A stretch of 64,000 nucleotides of DNA from an uncultured Allofournierella sp. (GCF_944382705.1 NZ_CALWNE010000046.1); one strand, 5' to 3'. Shown: positions 25,424-34,974, numbered from the stretch's first letter. Notes: generated from the letters alone by a model not told the origin. Made by a program: numbers and translations.

Positions 25424-27688
25424 ATGCACTTCAATAAAAGAAAATACTTGGCGGCAATCTTGAGTATGGCTTTTGCTATGTCGCTGCTGCTTAATAGTTT
25501 TTCTGTTCAAACTTTTGCGCTGGACAGTTTGGCTGAACATGAGGGTTCTGCTCAGGAGCAGGAGGGTGAAATGTCTGTTCCCGCACAGGATGAAGCCTCG
25601 CAGCCCCAGGCAGCAGCAGAGGATTTGACAGAGCAAGATGAAGCTCAGTTGCAGTTGAAAATGCAGATTGCCGACCTGCTGGAACAAAGTGCGCAGGTGG
25701 GCCAGATGACCGAGCAGGAATTGGAAACTATACAGGAGCAGATTCAGGCAGTAACGGTACAGCCGCTGGCCCAGCAAGAGGAGGCGGAGCCGGATTTGGA
25801 GCTGGAAACCATGCTGGAACAGCTTGCAAATGCACAGGCAGCTGTGGAAGATATGAGCATGGCTTACCAGGCCCAGCGAGAGGGCTGGCTGGACCAGCTG
25901 CCCCAAACCGGCAAAGAGAACAGCTGGCGCTACCAGAATGGTGAGCGTTTGGAGCAGAATGCTCCGGCTGAGATTATGACTCTGAGCCTGACAGAAGGCG
26001 TGAATGTTTTTAATTCCAATGGATATTGGGGAATTGATGTAAGCCATCACCAGGGCGAAGTGAACTGGGAGGCTGTAAAAGCAGCCGGAATTGACTTTGC
26101 AGTTATTCGCTGCGGTTATGGCGACGACCTTGTCAGCCAGGATGACCGGCAGTGGCATCGGAATGTATCGGAATGTGAACGGCTGGGCATTCCCTACGGT
26201 GTTTACCTGTACTCCTATGCAACGGATACCAACATGGCTGCATCCGAAGCAGCCCACACCCTGCGCTTGCTGGAGGGTCACAACCCCGATTTGCCGGTAT
26301 TCTATGACATGGAAGAAAACCGGCAGCTGGTGCTGGGGGTTGCTGGCCTGGCTGAACTGGCCCGTACATACTGCGATACATTGGTAGCAGCCGGCTACGA
26401 TGTGGGCGTATATGCCAGCTTGAACTGGTGGCAGTACTACCTCACAGACCCTGTGTTTGAAAACTGGTATCGCTGGATTGCAGAGTGGCGGTCCTCATGC
26501 ACCTACACCGGCCGGTACGAGATGTGGCAATATACCGATTGCGGAACCATCAGCGGAATCAACGGCGTGGTGGACATGAACTATTGGTACGAGCCCATTG
26601 GAGTGAAGGAAGATGGACTGTACAAGGACCAGATTACAGGGGAATGGCACTACTACAAGGACGGCAAAATCGCTCGCGATTACACCGGTTTGGTAAAGTA
26701 CCAGTCGGGCAGCTATTACTATGTGGATAAGGGTGTTATCGATTGGGGCTACACCGGCATTGCCCAGTATAACCAGGGCGGTTATTACTATGTAAAAAGC
26801 GGTAAGCTGGACTGGGGTTATAGCGGTATGGCTTCTGGCTGCGGCATGACCGGTTACATCGCAAAAGGCCGGTTGGACACCAGCAAAAACGGCTTAATCA
26901 AGGTAGGCAGCACCTGGTATAATTTTGAAAAGGGCGCTGTGCTTCAGAATTACACCGGCCTTGTAAAATACAAGTCCGGCAGTTATTACTATGTAAACAA
27001 GGGCATCATCGATTGGGGCCACACCGGCATTGCCCAGTACAATCAGGGTGGCTACTACTATGTAAAAAGCGGCAAGCTGGATTGGAGTTACAGCGGCATG
27101 GCCACTGGCTGCGGCATGACCGCCTACATTGCAAAAGGCCGGTTGGATACCAGCAAAAACGGCCTGGTTAAAGTAAGCGGTGTTTGGTATAACTTTGAAA
27201 AGGGTGTGGCAAACACCAGCCACACGGGCCTTGCCCCCTACCAGTCCGGCAGTTATTACTATGTGAATAAGGGGCAGCTGAACTACAGCTATACCGGCAT
27301 GGCAACAGGCTATGGCTTAACAGGCTATGTGGTCAACGGCCGGTTGGATACCTCCAAAAATGGACTTTTGAAGGTGGGCAATGACTGGTACAACTTTAAG
27401 AAAGGCCTTGTGGATACCCAGTACACCGGCCTTGTGCGGTACCAGTCCGGCAGCTACTACTATGTAAACGAAGGCGTTTTGGACCGCAGCTATACCGGAA
27501 TTACCCGCTATCAGCAGGGCGGTTACTACTATGTGAAAAACGGCAAACTGGACCGGAGCTATACCGGCCTGGCAACTGGCCAGGGAAAAACCGGTTACAT
27601 CGTGAAAGGCTGCTTGGACAGCAGCAAAAACGGTGCGCACCAGATTAACAATACCTGGTACACCTTCCAGAATGGATGGGTTGTTTGA
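25424..27688 (+). CDS. secreted GH25 muramidase with acidic Q/E-rich N-terminal region and C-terminal aromatic wall-binding-type repeats
   Basis: Signal peptide MHFNKRKYLAAILSMAFAMSLLLNSFSVQTFA. GH25 core GIDVSHHQGEVNWEAVKAAGIDFAVIRCGYG...GVYLYSYA... . About 16 C-terminal repeats of the form G-YYYV--G--D--YTG. Confidence 0.85.
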   Translation: MHFNKRKYLAAILSMAFAMSLLLNSFSVQTFALDSLAEHEGSAQEQEGEMSVPAQDEASQPQAAAEDLTEQDEAQLQLKMQIADLLEQSAQVGQMTEQELETIQEQIQAVTVQPLAQQEEAEPDLELETMLEQLANAQAAVEDMSMAYQAQREGWLDQLPQTGKENSWRYQNGERLEQNAPAEIMTLSLTEGVNVFNSNGYWGIDVSHHQGEVNWEAVKAAGIDFAVIRCGYGDDLVSQDDRQWHRNVSECERLGIPYGVYLYSYATDTNMAASEAAHTLRLLEGHNPDLPVFYDMEENRQLVLGVAGLAELARTYCDTLVAAGYDVGVYASLNWWQYYLTDPVFENWYRWIAEWRSSCTYTGRYEMWQYTDCGTISGINGVVDMNYWYEPIGVKEDGLYKDQITGEWHYYKDGKIARDYTGLVKYQSGSYYYVDKGVIDWGYTGIAQYNQGGYYYVKSGKLDWGYSGMASGCGMTGYIAKGRLDTSKNGLIKVGSTWYNFEKGAVLQNYTGLVKYKSGSYYYVNKGIIDWGHTGIAQYNQGGYYYVKSGKLDWSYSGMATGCGMTAYIAKGRLDTSKNGLVKVSGVWYNFEKGVANTSHTGLAPYQSGSYYYVNKGQLNYSYTGMATGYGLTGYVVNGRLDTSKNGLLKVGNDWYNFKKGLVDTQYTGLVRYQSGSYYYVNEGVLDRSYTGITRYQQGGYYYVKNGKLDRSYTGLATGQGKTGYIVKGCLDSSKNGAHQINNTWYTFQNGWVV
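26615..27685 (+). repeat. in-frame tandem repeat array: about 20-22 aa aromatic repeats organised into four super-repeats (87, 87, 66 and 87 aa)
   Basis: The DNA from about 26686 and from about 26947 aligns by eye over 261 bp at high identity (ggcattgcccagta..., ggctgcggcatgacc, gcaaaaggccggttgga.accagcaaaaacggc). A shorter third copy and a fourth copy follow. Confidence 0.85.
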
Positions 27689-27768
27689 GTTAATCCGGTA
27701 AAAAAGAAGCTACTTACCAGTAACATGAACAGTAATACGAACATTGCACACGCAAGGGGAGTTAAAAC

Positions 27769-28953
27769 ATGAAGATTGCAGTCGCAGGCACCGGCTATGT
27801 GGGCCTTTCCAATGCTATTTTGCTGGCACAAAACAACACTGTATTTGCGGTGGATGTTGTGCAGGAAAAAGTGGACATGATCAATCGTAAGCAGAGCCCG
27901 ATTGTGGATAAGGAAATTGAGGAATACCTTAGCACGAAATCCCTTGATCTGCACGCTACCACCGATGCACAGCTGGCTTACAGCGATGCAGAATTTGTGA
28001 TTGTATCCACCCCCACGAACTATGACCCGGTAAAGAATTATTTCGATACCAGCAGCGTGGAGGCGGTTATTGGCCTGGTAATGAAGTACAATCCCCAGGC
28101 CACCATTGTGATTAAGAGCACTGTGCCTGTGGGCTATACCGAAAAGATTCGCAAAGAATTCCAAAACGACAACATCCTTTTTAGCCCTGAGTTTTTGCGG
28201 GAGGGCAAAGCCCTGCTGGACAACCTCTATCCCAGCCGCATTGTGGTAGGCACCCCCAAAGAGGATGCCCGGATGCAGCAGAAGGCAAAACAGATTGCCG
28301 GACTGTTGGCACAGGGAGCCCTCAAAACCGATATCCCTCAGCTGTTTCCTGGCTTGACAGAAGCAGAGGCCATTAAGCTGTTTGCCAATACCTACCTGGC
28401 TTTGCGTGTGGCCTATTTCAACGAGCTGGATACCTATGCGGAAATTTCCGGCCTGTCCACCAAAGAAATTATCGAGGGTATGGGCTTTGACCCCCGCATT
28501 GGCGACCACTACAACAACCCCAGCTTTGGTTATGGTGGATACTGCCTGCCCAAAGATACCAAGCAGCTGCTGGCAAACTACGAGGGTATCCCCGAAAATC
28601 TCATTCATGCCATTGTTGTGGCCAACGATACCCGCAAGGAGTTTATTGCACAGCAAATTCTCAAGCGGTCCCCCCGTCATGTGGGCGTGTATCGGCTGAC
28701 CATGAAAGCAAACAGCGATAATTTCCGCCAGTCCTCCATTCAGGATGTAATCCATAAATTGCAGGCAGCTGGCGTGGAAATTGTGGTATATGAACCCACC
28801 CTGCACACCCAGGAATTTGAGGGGCACCGGGTAGTCAATGACTTGGAAACCTTCAAGCAGCTTTCCGATGTTATTGTGGCAAACCGGTACAGCCCAGAGC
28901 TGGAGGATGTGCTGGATAAGGTATATACCAGAGATCTTTACTTTAGAGATTGA
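27769..28953 (+). CDS. ugd: UDP-glucose 6-dehydrogenase
   Basis: [16 protein letters not shown] (NAD fold), ...[13 protein letters not shown]..., ...[10 protein letters not shown]... (catalytic Cys). 394 aa. Confidence 0.9.
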   Translation: MKIAVAGTGYVGLSNAILLAQNNTVFAVDVVQEKVDMINRKQSPIVDKEIEEYLSTKSLDLHATTDAQLAYSDAEFVIVSTPTNYDPVKNYFDTSSVEAVIGLVMKYNPQATIVIKSTVPVGYTEKIRKEFQNDNILFSPEFLREGKALLDNLYPSRIVVGTPKEDARMQQKAKQIAGLLAQGALKTDIPQLFPGLTEAEAIKLFANTYLALRVAYFNELDTYAEISGLSTKEIIEGMGFDPRIGDHYNNPSFGYGGYCLPKDTKQLLANYEGIPENLIHAIVVANDTRKEFIAQQILKRSPRHVGVYRLTMKANSDNFRQSSIQDVIHKLQAAGVEIVVYEPTLHTQEFEGHRVVNDLETFKQLSDVIVANRYSPELEDVLDKVYTRDLYFRD

Positions 28954-28986
28954 TTGAAAGACAAACAAACACAGAGGAGCTTAAAA

Positions 28987-30189
28987 ATGCCAAAAGTATC
29001 GGTTGTATTGCCTTGCTATAATGTGGAGCAGTATCTGCGGGAATGTCTGGACAGTGCCATTGCACAGACCCTGGAGGACATTGAGATTATCTGCGTAAAC
29101 GATGGTTCCACCGACGGTTCTCTGGCCATTATGAATGAATATGCCCAGAAGGATAGCCGAGTGAAGGTAATCGACAAGAAAAATGCGGGCTACGGTGACA
29201 GCATGAACCGGGGTATGGACCTGGCCACCGGAGAATACATTGCAATTTTGGAAACGGACGATTTCATCAAACCCAATATGTACGAGGTACTGTACGGCCT
29301 GGCAAAAAAGAACGACCTGGATGTAATCAAGTCGGATTATGAAATTTTTGTAGGCGAGGGAAATGATCGTACCTACACCTATATGCAGACCTGCAAAAAG
29401 AAAAACCAGTACTATAAGGTGTTTAAGCCCGAGGATGACCTGGATGTTTTTAATGCCCGCATGAACACCTGGACGGGCCTGTACAAGCGCAGCTTTTTGC
29501 AGCAGCACCACATCCGCCACAACGAAACACCCGGTGCTTCTTACCAAGACAACGGATTCTGGTTTCAGACCTTCTTATGGGCTGACCGGGTAATGTTTGT
29601 GGACCGTGCATTCTATCAGCTGCGCAGAGATAACCCCAACTCGTCGGTGCATAACAGGGCTAAGGTGTTCTGCATCTTTGAAGAATACGCATTCATCGAG
29701 AAGATTCTGCGCAGCGACGCCCAGAAAGAGCAGAAGCTAATCAAGATTTTTCAGAAGAAAAAATTTGATAACTGCCTTTACCACTATGGCCGGGTGGGCG
29801 ATGAATTCAAGATGGAATTTTTGCGCCGCATGAGCGATGAGTTCAAGGAAGCACGGGCACGGGGAGAGCTGGATGCCAGCCTGTTTTTTGGCAGCGGGTA
29901 CCCCAATTTGTGCGACATTATGGACCGAACCGAAGCGTTCTATCTCAACAGTGCCGCCCAAAACAAGGCCAAAACCCCTGAGCAGGAAATTGCACTGCTG
30001 CAAAGCAGATGCCGTGGCTTGCAGCAGGAGCTGAACCAAATCAAGGCTTCCCGTTCCTACAAAATTGGCCGAGCCATCACATTTTTGCCCCGTAAGCTGC
30101 GGGGCGGTGTGGACTGCCTGAAAGATAATGGGCTGCAGTACACCGTTCGACACGGGTGGGAAAAAATTTGCAATAAAATTTTTAGGTAA
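28987..30189 (+). CDS. family 2 glycosyltransferase with C-terminal coiled-coil and basic tail
   Basis: MPKVSVVLPCYNVEQYLRECLDSAIAQTLEDIEIICVNDGSTDGS...LETDDF. ATG 28987 is preferred over TTG 28954 (GAGGAG RBS). The C-terminus ...LQSRCRGLQQELNQIKASRSYKIGRAI...LKDNGLQYTVRH. Confidence 0.85.
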   Translation: MPKVSVVLPCYNVEQYLRECLDSAIAQTLEDIEIICVNDGSTDGSLAIMNEYAQKDSRVKVIDKKNAGYGDSMNRGMDLATGEYIAILETDDFIKPNMYEVLYGLAKKNDLDVIKSDYEIFVGEGNDRTYTYMQTCKKKNQYYKVFKPEDDLDVFNARMNTWTGLYKRSFLQQHHIRHNETPGASYQDNGFWFQTFLWADRVMFVDRAFYQLRRDNPNSSVHNRAKVFCIFEEYAFIEKILRSDAQKEQKLIKIFQKKKFDNCLYHYGRVGDEFKMEFLRRMSDEFKEARARGELDASLFFGSGYPNLCDIMDRTEAFYLNSAAQNKAKTPEQEIALLQSRCRGLQQELNQIKASRSYKIGRAITFLPRKLRGGVDCLKDNGLQYTVRHGWEKICNKIFR

Positions 30190-30215
30190 GCCAAGCCTAC
30201 CAAAGGAGAAACTAT

Positions 30216-31334
30216 ATGTCAATCAAGGTGTCGGTCATTATTCCGGTATACAATGCAGCGGAATATCTGCGGGAATGCCTGGATGGTGTGCTGCGGCAAA
30301 CCCTAAAGGAAATTGAAGTGATTTGTGTAGACGATGGTTCCAGCGATGAAAGCTGGACCATCTTGCAGGCCTACCAAAACCAGGATGCCCGTGTGAAAGC
30401 AGTTCAGCAGGCAAACGCAGGGGCGGGTGCGGCCCGCAACCACGGAATGCAGTATGCAACAGGAGAATACCTTTCCTTTTTGGATGCGGATGATTTTTAT
30501 GAGCCGGATATGCTAGAGACGGCCTATCGGGCTGCCAAGCAGGCTGAGGCAGAAATTGTTGTGTTTGCTTGCGACCTTTACGAGCACAAAAGCCAAAAGT
30601 ATCATGCGTATCCCTACTCCATCCGGGAAAGCCTGCTGCCTGCGCAGCAGCCCTTTTCTGCACAGGATGTAAGCCGGGATGTATTTAAGCTGTTTGTGGG
30701 CTGGGCTTGGGACAAATTGTTTAAGGCAAGCTTTGTGCAGCAAAAAGGACTTCGCTTTCAGGAACAGCGCACCACCAACGATATGCTCTTTGTGTTTAGC
30801 GCAGTGGTAGCTGCACAGCGCATTGTGACGCTGCCGCAGGTGCTGGTGCATCACCGCAGAGATGCAGGCACCCTTTCTGTTACCAGAGAAAAGAGCTGGA
30901 TGTGCTTTTACAATGCCCTGGTGGCACTGCGCCAGCAGCTGCGTGACTGGAATTTGTACCAGCGGTTTGAGCAGGATTTCATCAATTACAGCGTGCATTT
31001 TTCCTTGTGGAATTTGAATACCCTGGCAGAGCCAACAAAAACCACGCTGCACAACAAACTGCGGGAAGAGTGGTTCCAGGAGCTGGGCATTACCGAGCAC
31101 CCCATGGAATACTTTTATAACCGCAAGGAATACCTGGATTACCGCAGAGTGTACGAACACCCTGTAGGATGGGAGCCCACCGCAGAAGAGCGCCGGGCCG
31201 AAGCCAAGCTTCAGGAATATCCCCTGTGGAAGCGGGGTGTAATCTGCTTGAAAGAAAATGGGCTGAGCTACACCTTGCGGAACATTGCACAAAAGCTACG
31301 CAAAAAATTAAAACTCGGTAAAAAGAATGGCTGA
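30216..31334 (+). CDS. family 2 glycosyltransferase (paralogue of the preceding gene)
   Basis: MSIKVSVIIPVYNAAEYLRECLDGVLRQTLKEIEVICVDDGSSDES...LDADDF. C-terminal ...CLKENGLSYTLRNIAQKLRKKLKL. Confidence 0.85.
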   Translation: MSIKVSVIIPVYNAAEYLRECLDGVLRQTLKEIEVICVDDGSSDESWTILQAYQNQDARVKAVQQANAGAGAARNHGMQYATGEYLSFLDADDFYEPDMLETAYRAAKQAEAEIVVFACDLYEHKSQKYHAYPYSIRESLLPAQQPFSAQDVSRDVFKLFVGWAWDKLFKASFVQQKGLRFQEQRTTNDMLFVFSAVVAAQRIVTLPQVLVHHRRDAGTLSVTREKSWMCFYNALVALRQQLRDWNLYQRFEQDFINYSVHFSLWNLNTLAEPTKTTLHNKLREEWFQELGITEHPMEYFYNRKEYLDYRRVYEHPVGWEPTAEERRAEAKLQEYPLWKRGVICLKENGLSYTLRNIAQKLRKKLKLGKKNG

Positions 31335-32439
31335 AATCAAACCAAGAAATCAGGCGTTGGATGTACTGCGCATTGCGGCAACCGTTCTGGTGCCGCTGAC
31401 CCATGTACTGAACAAAAACTACACCGCTTCCGATGGTTCCATGCGGGAAGCGGTAGCTATGCTCAATAGCCTGTGTATTATTGCGGTACCCTGCTTTTTT
31501 ATGATTACCGGGTATTTTACCCACATAGGCCAGAGCTACATAAAAAAGCTGAAACGGACAGCGGTTTCCATCCTGCTGCCCACACTGCTGGCAGTGGTTG
31601 TATACCAGGCGCTTTGGGCCTGGGTAACAGGGACTGCAACCCTAAAAGAAAGCGTACTGGGTGCGGACTACAGGCAGATGTGGCGGGAGATAACGCTGTG
31701 GAACATCAAAAGTCTGCCTGGCTGCACGGTATTTTGGTACATTACCGATTATGTGCGGTTAATGCTGCTGTTCCCCGTAACGGCGCTTATGTGCACCGAT
31801 ACGCCCTCCGCCAAACGGGCCAGATGGGCTGTGATTGGGCTGGTGCTGGCATCGTACCTGCTGAAGGATGTGCAGCAGTTTGCAGCGTTTGAGGGCAAAC
31901 TTTACGAGCCCTTTGATCGTGCGGTGGTATATTTCCTTATTGGATATGAACTGAAGACCATTCGGTGGAATAAAGTTTCCGGCAGGGCACTGTTGCTGCT
32001 GTCGGCAGTTAGCATTGGTGCGATGTATGTTTTAACCAAGCTGCTCTATTACTCTGCCGGAAGCTTTTCGGACTATTTCTTTCATTACACAACATCGGTG
32101 TGCGTAGTGGCGTCTGCAAGTGTATTTGCGCTAACACTGAAAGCAAACGATAAAGGACTATTTCAGCGCAAAAGCAGAATTCGGAATGTATTATCGGATG
32201 CTTCCTTTTATGTATATCTCGTTCATAACATTGTATTGCACGGGATGCTAAAGCGCACCTGGCTGGGCCGGCAAACCGCTTTTGGGTGGCTGCTGGTGCA
32301 ATGGATTGTGGTGGTATGCCTGTCCTTTGCGATGGCCATTGCAATACGCCGCTTGCAGAAATGGCTTGGGAACATCCTGCGCCCGGCCAAACCCGATAAA
32401 GGAGAGAAGCAAAGGAATGTTTGCAAAACTGAATTATAA
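31327..32439 (+). CDS. acyltransferase family 3 (membrane O-acyltransferase)
   Basis: 370 aa, about 10 TM segments. The N-terminus ...RNQALDVLRIAATVLVPLTH resembles the acyltransferase_3 start (R-x-x-x-D-x-x-R). Overlaps its neighbours at both ends. Confidence 0.75.
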   Translation: MAEIKPRNQALDVLRIAATVLVPLTHVLNKNYTASDGSMREAVAMLNSLCIIAVPCFFMITGYFTHIGQSYIKKLKRTAVSILLPTLLAVVVYQALWAWVTGTATLKESVLGADYRQMWREITLWNIKSLPGCTVFWYITDYVRLMLLFPVTALMCTDTPSAKRARWAVIGLVLASYLLKDVQQFAAFEGKLYEPFDRAVVYFLIGYELKTIRWNKVSGRALLLLSAVSIGAMYVLTKLLYYSAGSFSDYFFHYTTSVCVVASASVFALTLKANDKGLFQRKSRIRNVLSDASFYVYLVHNIVLHGMLKRTWLGRQTAFGWLLVQWIVVVCLSFAMAIAIRRLQKWLGNILRPAKPDKGEKQRNVCKTEL

Positions 32440-33196
32440 AATTGAAAGCAATCGCTTTTTATTTGAAGAACTGGTAAAAAGAGATTTTAAGCAAAAATAC
32501 AAGCGCACGGTACTGGGCATGGCCTGGAGCGTTCTTTCTCCATTGCTTACCTTGTTGGTGATGAGCCTGGTCTTTACTCAGTTTTTTGGCCGCTCCATGG
32601 CTCATTACAGCATCTATCTGTTTTGTGGAAACCTGGTTTTTTCTTATTATCGGGAGTCCACTTCTGGCGGAATGACCGCTTTGATGAACAATGCTAAAAT
32701 TTTTACCAAGGTAAATGTGCCCAAATATTTGTTTTTGCTTTCTAAAAATATTTCCTGCCTAATCAACTTTGGTCTCACATTGGTGATTTTTTTCGTGTTT
32801 GTGTGGTTGGATGGGGTGAAATTTGGCTGGCATTTTTTGTCGCTGATTTATCCCATCTGCTGCCTGGTGTTGTTTAACATTGGCATGGGATTGGTTTTAT
32901 CTGCAATGTTTGTGTTCTTTCGGGATGTAACCTATCTTTACGATGTTTTCACCATGCTGCTGATGTATATGTCTGCTATTTTTTACACAGTAGATGCCTA
33001 TTCTCCTGCGGTGCAAAAGCTGTTTTGCCTCAATCCTGTTTACTGTTACATCCGGTATTTTCGGACGGTTGTTTTGGAAGGACATCTGCCATCTGTCTGG
33101 TTCCATCTGCTGTGCACATTCTACGCAGTGCTGATGCTCATTGTTGGCGGGTTCATTTACAAGAAAAACAATCATAAATTCCTTTATTATGTGTAA
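32417..33196 (+). CDS. ABC-2 type polysaccharide/teichoic-acid export permease (TagG/Wzm-like)
   Basis: Start at MFAKLNYKIESNRFLFEELVKRDFKQKYKRTVLGMAWSVLSPLL, the hallmark N-terminus of TagG/Wzm permeases. 6 TM segments. Visibly A+T-rich relative to flanking genes. Confidence 0.85.
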   Translation: MFAKLNYKIESNRFLFEELVKRDFKQKYKRTVLGMAWSVLSPLLTLLVMSLVFTQFFGRSMAHYSIYLFCGNLVFSYYRESTSGGMTALMNNAKIFTKVNVPKYLFLLSKNISCLINFGLTLVIFFVFVWLDGVKFGWHFLSLIYPICCLVLFNIGMGLVLSAMFVFFRDVTYLYDVFTMLLMYMSAIFYTVDAYSPAVQKLFCLNPVYCYIRYFRTVVLEGHLPSVWFHLLCTFYAVLMLIVGGFIYKKNNHKFLYYV

Positions 33197-33210
33197 AGGG
33201 GAGGAGCACC

Positions 33211-34146
33211 ATGATTACAGTACAGGCAAATGGTGTATCCATTCGGTACATCACAGGCGATTTTAAGGACATTGGATTAAAAGAATATGTAATGCGCCGC
33301 ATTAAAGGTGACTACCATGTAAATGAATTTTGGGCCGATAAGGACATTACCTTTACATTGGAGCAGGGGGATATGCTGGGCATCATTGGTTCCAACGGTG
33401 CCGGTAAATCCACCTTACTGAAGGCGATTTCCGGCATTATGGTGCCCACCAAAGGCAGCATGAAAATCAATGGCAGCATTGCGGCGCTGCTGGAGCTTGC
33501 CAGCGGATTTGACAGTGAGCTAACCGTGCGGGAAAATACCTACCTGCGTGGTGCCATGCTGGGGTATACCCGTGCGTTTATGGATGAAAAGTACGAGGAA
33601 ATCATTGAATTTGCAGAATTGAAGGATTTCCAGGAGCGGCCCTTTAAGCATCTTTCCAGTGGTATGAAAAGCCGTCTTGCTTTTTCCATTGCCTGCTTGG
33701 TCAGCCCGGATATTCTCATTTTGGATGAGGTTCTCAGCGTGGGCGATGGTGCATTCCGCAAAAAAAGCGGCGACAAGATGAAGGAAATCCTTGGCAGCGG
33801 CGTAACGGGCATTCTGGTTTCCCATTCGCTGGAGCAGGTTCGGGAGATGTGCAATAAGATTTTGTGGTTGGACCATGGCCGGCAGGTTGCCTTTACCGAC
33901 AATGTAACGCTGTATTGCGATGCTTACGAGGAGTTTTTGGCCACAAAAAAACTGCCCAAGAATGAGCAGGACATTAAAAAATTGGCTCAGGACTGGCAGG
34001 CCCGCAAGAAAGCAGAGCGTGAAAAAGCAGAACAGAGCGAAGCCCAAAGGCTCCAAGCAATATTGGAAAAGGGAGAGGAATCCTCTGCAGTTCAGGCAGC
34101 ATTGGCCATTATCAAAAATAAACGGCCAGAACTTTTGAAAGAGTAA
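33211..34146 (+). CDS. polysaccharide/teichoic-acid export ATP-binding protein (TagH/Wzt-like) with short C-terminal coiled coil
   Basis: Walker A GSNGAGKSTLLK, LSSGMKSRL signature and ILILDEVLSVGD Walker B. Charged helical tail ...KKLAQDWQARKKAEREKAEQSEAQRLQ. No large carbohydrate-binding domain. Confidence 0.85.
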   Translation: MITVQANGVSIRYITGDFKDIGLKEYVMRRIKGDYHVNEFWADKDITFTLEQGDMLGIIGSNGAGKSTLLKAISGIMVPTKGSMKINGSIAALLELASGFDSELTVRENTYLRGAMLGYTRAFMDEKYEEIIEFAELKDFQERPFKHLSSGMKSRLAFSIACLVSPDILILDEVLSVGDGAFRKKSGDKMKEILGSGVTGILVSHSLEQVREMCNKILWLDHGRQVAFTDNVTLYCDAYEEFLATKKLPKNEQDIKKLAQDWQARKKAEREKAEQSEAQRLQAILEKGEESSAVQAALAIIKNKRPELLKE

Positions 34147-34170
34147 CAAAACATTCCGTTCCATAGCAAA

Positions 34171-34218
34171 CAAACGAGCCGGCACAGGGTATTTTGGTGC
34201 CGGTTTGTTTTTTTATGG
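34171..34218 (+). terminator. rho-independent terminator closing the glycan/export operon
   Basis: ccggcac (34179-34185) pairs with gtgccgg (34197-34203), extended by caaa/tttg and followed by TTTTTTT. Confidence 0.65.
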
Positions 34219-34248
34219 GGCACCATCCAGATTTAAGAGGGGAATTTT

Positions 34249-34974
34249 ATGATTTTTTATTTTTCGGGTACGGGAAATTCTCGCTGGGCTGCACAGCAGC
34301 TGGCCCATGCAACGGGAGATAGAATCCATTGCATTACACAAAAGCCCCTTCCGGATTTGCAGAACGAACGGCAGATTGGCTTGGTGTTCCCGATTTATGC
34401 CTGGGGTGCGCCTGAGGCGGTAAGGCAATTTGCCGGGCAGTTGCCCGCCAGCAACGCTTTTCGGTTTGCGGTGGCAACCTGTGGTGCAGATGCAGGATAC
34501 GCCTTAAAGAAGCTGGCAAGCGTCTACCATCAACAGAGCAGTTACAGCCTGGTAATGCCCAGCAATTATATTTTGGGGGAGGATGTGGAGGAAAAAGCAT
34601 CCGTGCAGCACAAGTTGCAGGCTGCCCGCCAGCAGATACAGCAGATGGCAATGGAAGTAAGCAAGCAAATGCCGGTATACCAGGTGGAGGAAGGTTTTTG
34701 TCCCTGGCTGAAATCCACGGTGGTGAACTGGGGGTTTCAAAAATTTGGGCGCAGCACTGCCTCCTTTTATGCGACTGATTGCTGCATTGGCTGCGGTATG
34801 TGTGCTGCAAACTGCCCTGCAAAAACTATCTCTTTGCAGGAGGGCAAGCCTTGTTGGGGCAAAGAATGTTGGCAGTGTTTGCGCTGTATCAATTACTGCC
34901 CCCGGCAGGCCATTCAGTATGGAGAAAAAACCAAAAAACGGGGCCGCTACACCCTGGAACAATACCAGCAGTGA
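34249..34974 (+). CDS. EFR1-family ferredoxin (flavodoxin-like domain + 2x[4Fe-4S])
   Basis: MIFYFSGTGNSRWAAQQLA start, plus CIGCGMCAANCP and CWQCLRCINYCP cluster motifs. Confidence 0.8.
   Translation: MIFYFSGTGNSRWAAQQLAHATGDRIHCITQKPLPDLQNERQIGLVFPIYAWGAPEAVRQFAGQLPASNAFRFAVATCGADAGYALKKLASVYHQQSSYSLVMPSNYILGEDVEEKASVQHKLQAARQQIQQMAMEVSKQMPVYQVEEGFCPWLKSTVVNWGFQKFGRSTASFYATDCCIGCGMCAANCPAKTISLQEGKPCWGKECWQCLRCINYCPRQAIQYGEKTKKRGRYTLEQYQQ

Noticed and set aside
25898-25912. An exact LPQTG motif inside the GH25 protein (residues 159-163).
   Set aside because: It lies in the N-terminal third, upstream of the catalytic domain, and is followed by polar sequence (KENSWRYQNG), not a hydrophobic helix plus basic tail. 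It is therefore not a sorting signal and is most likely chance.
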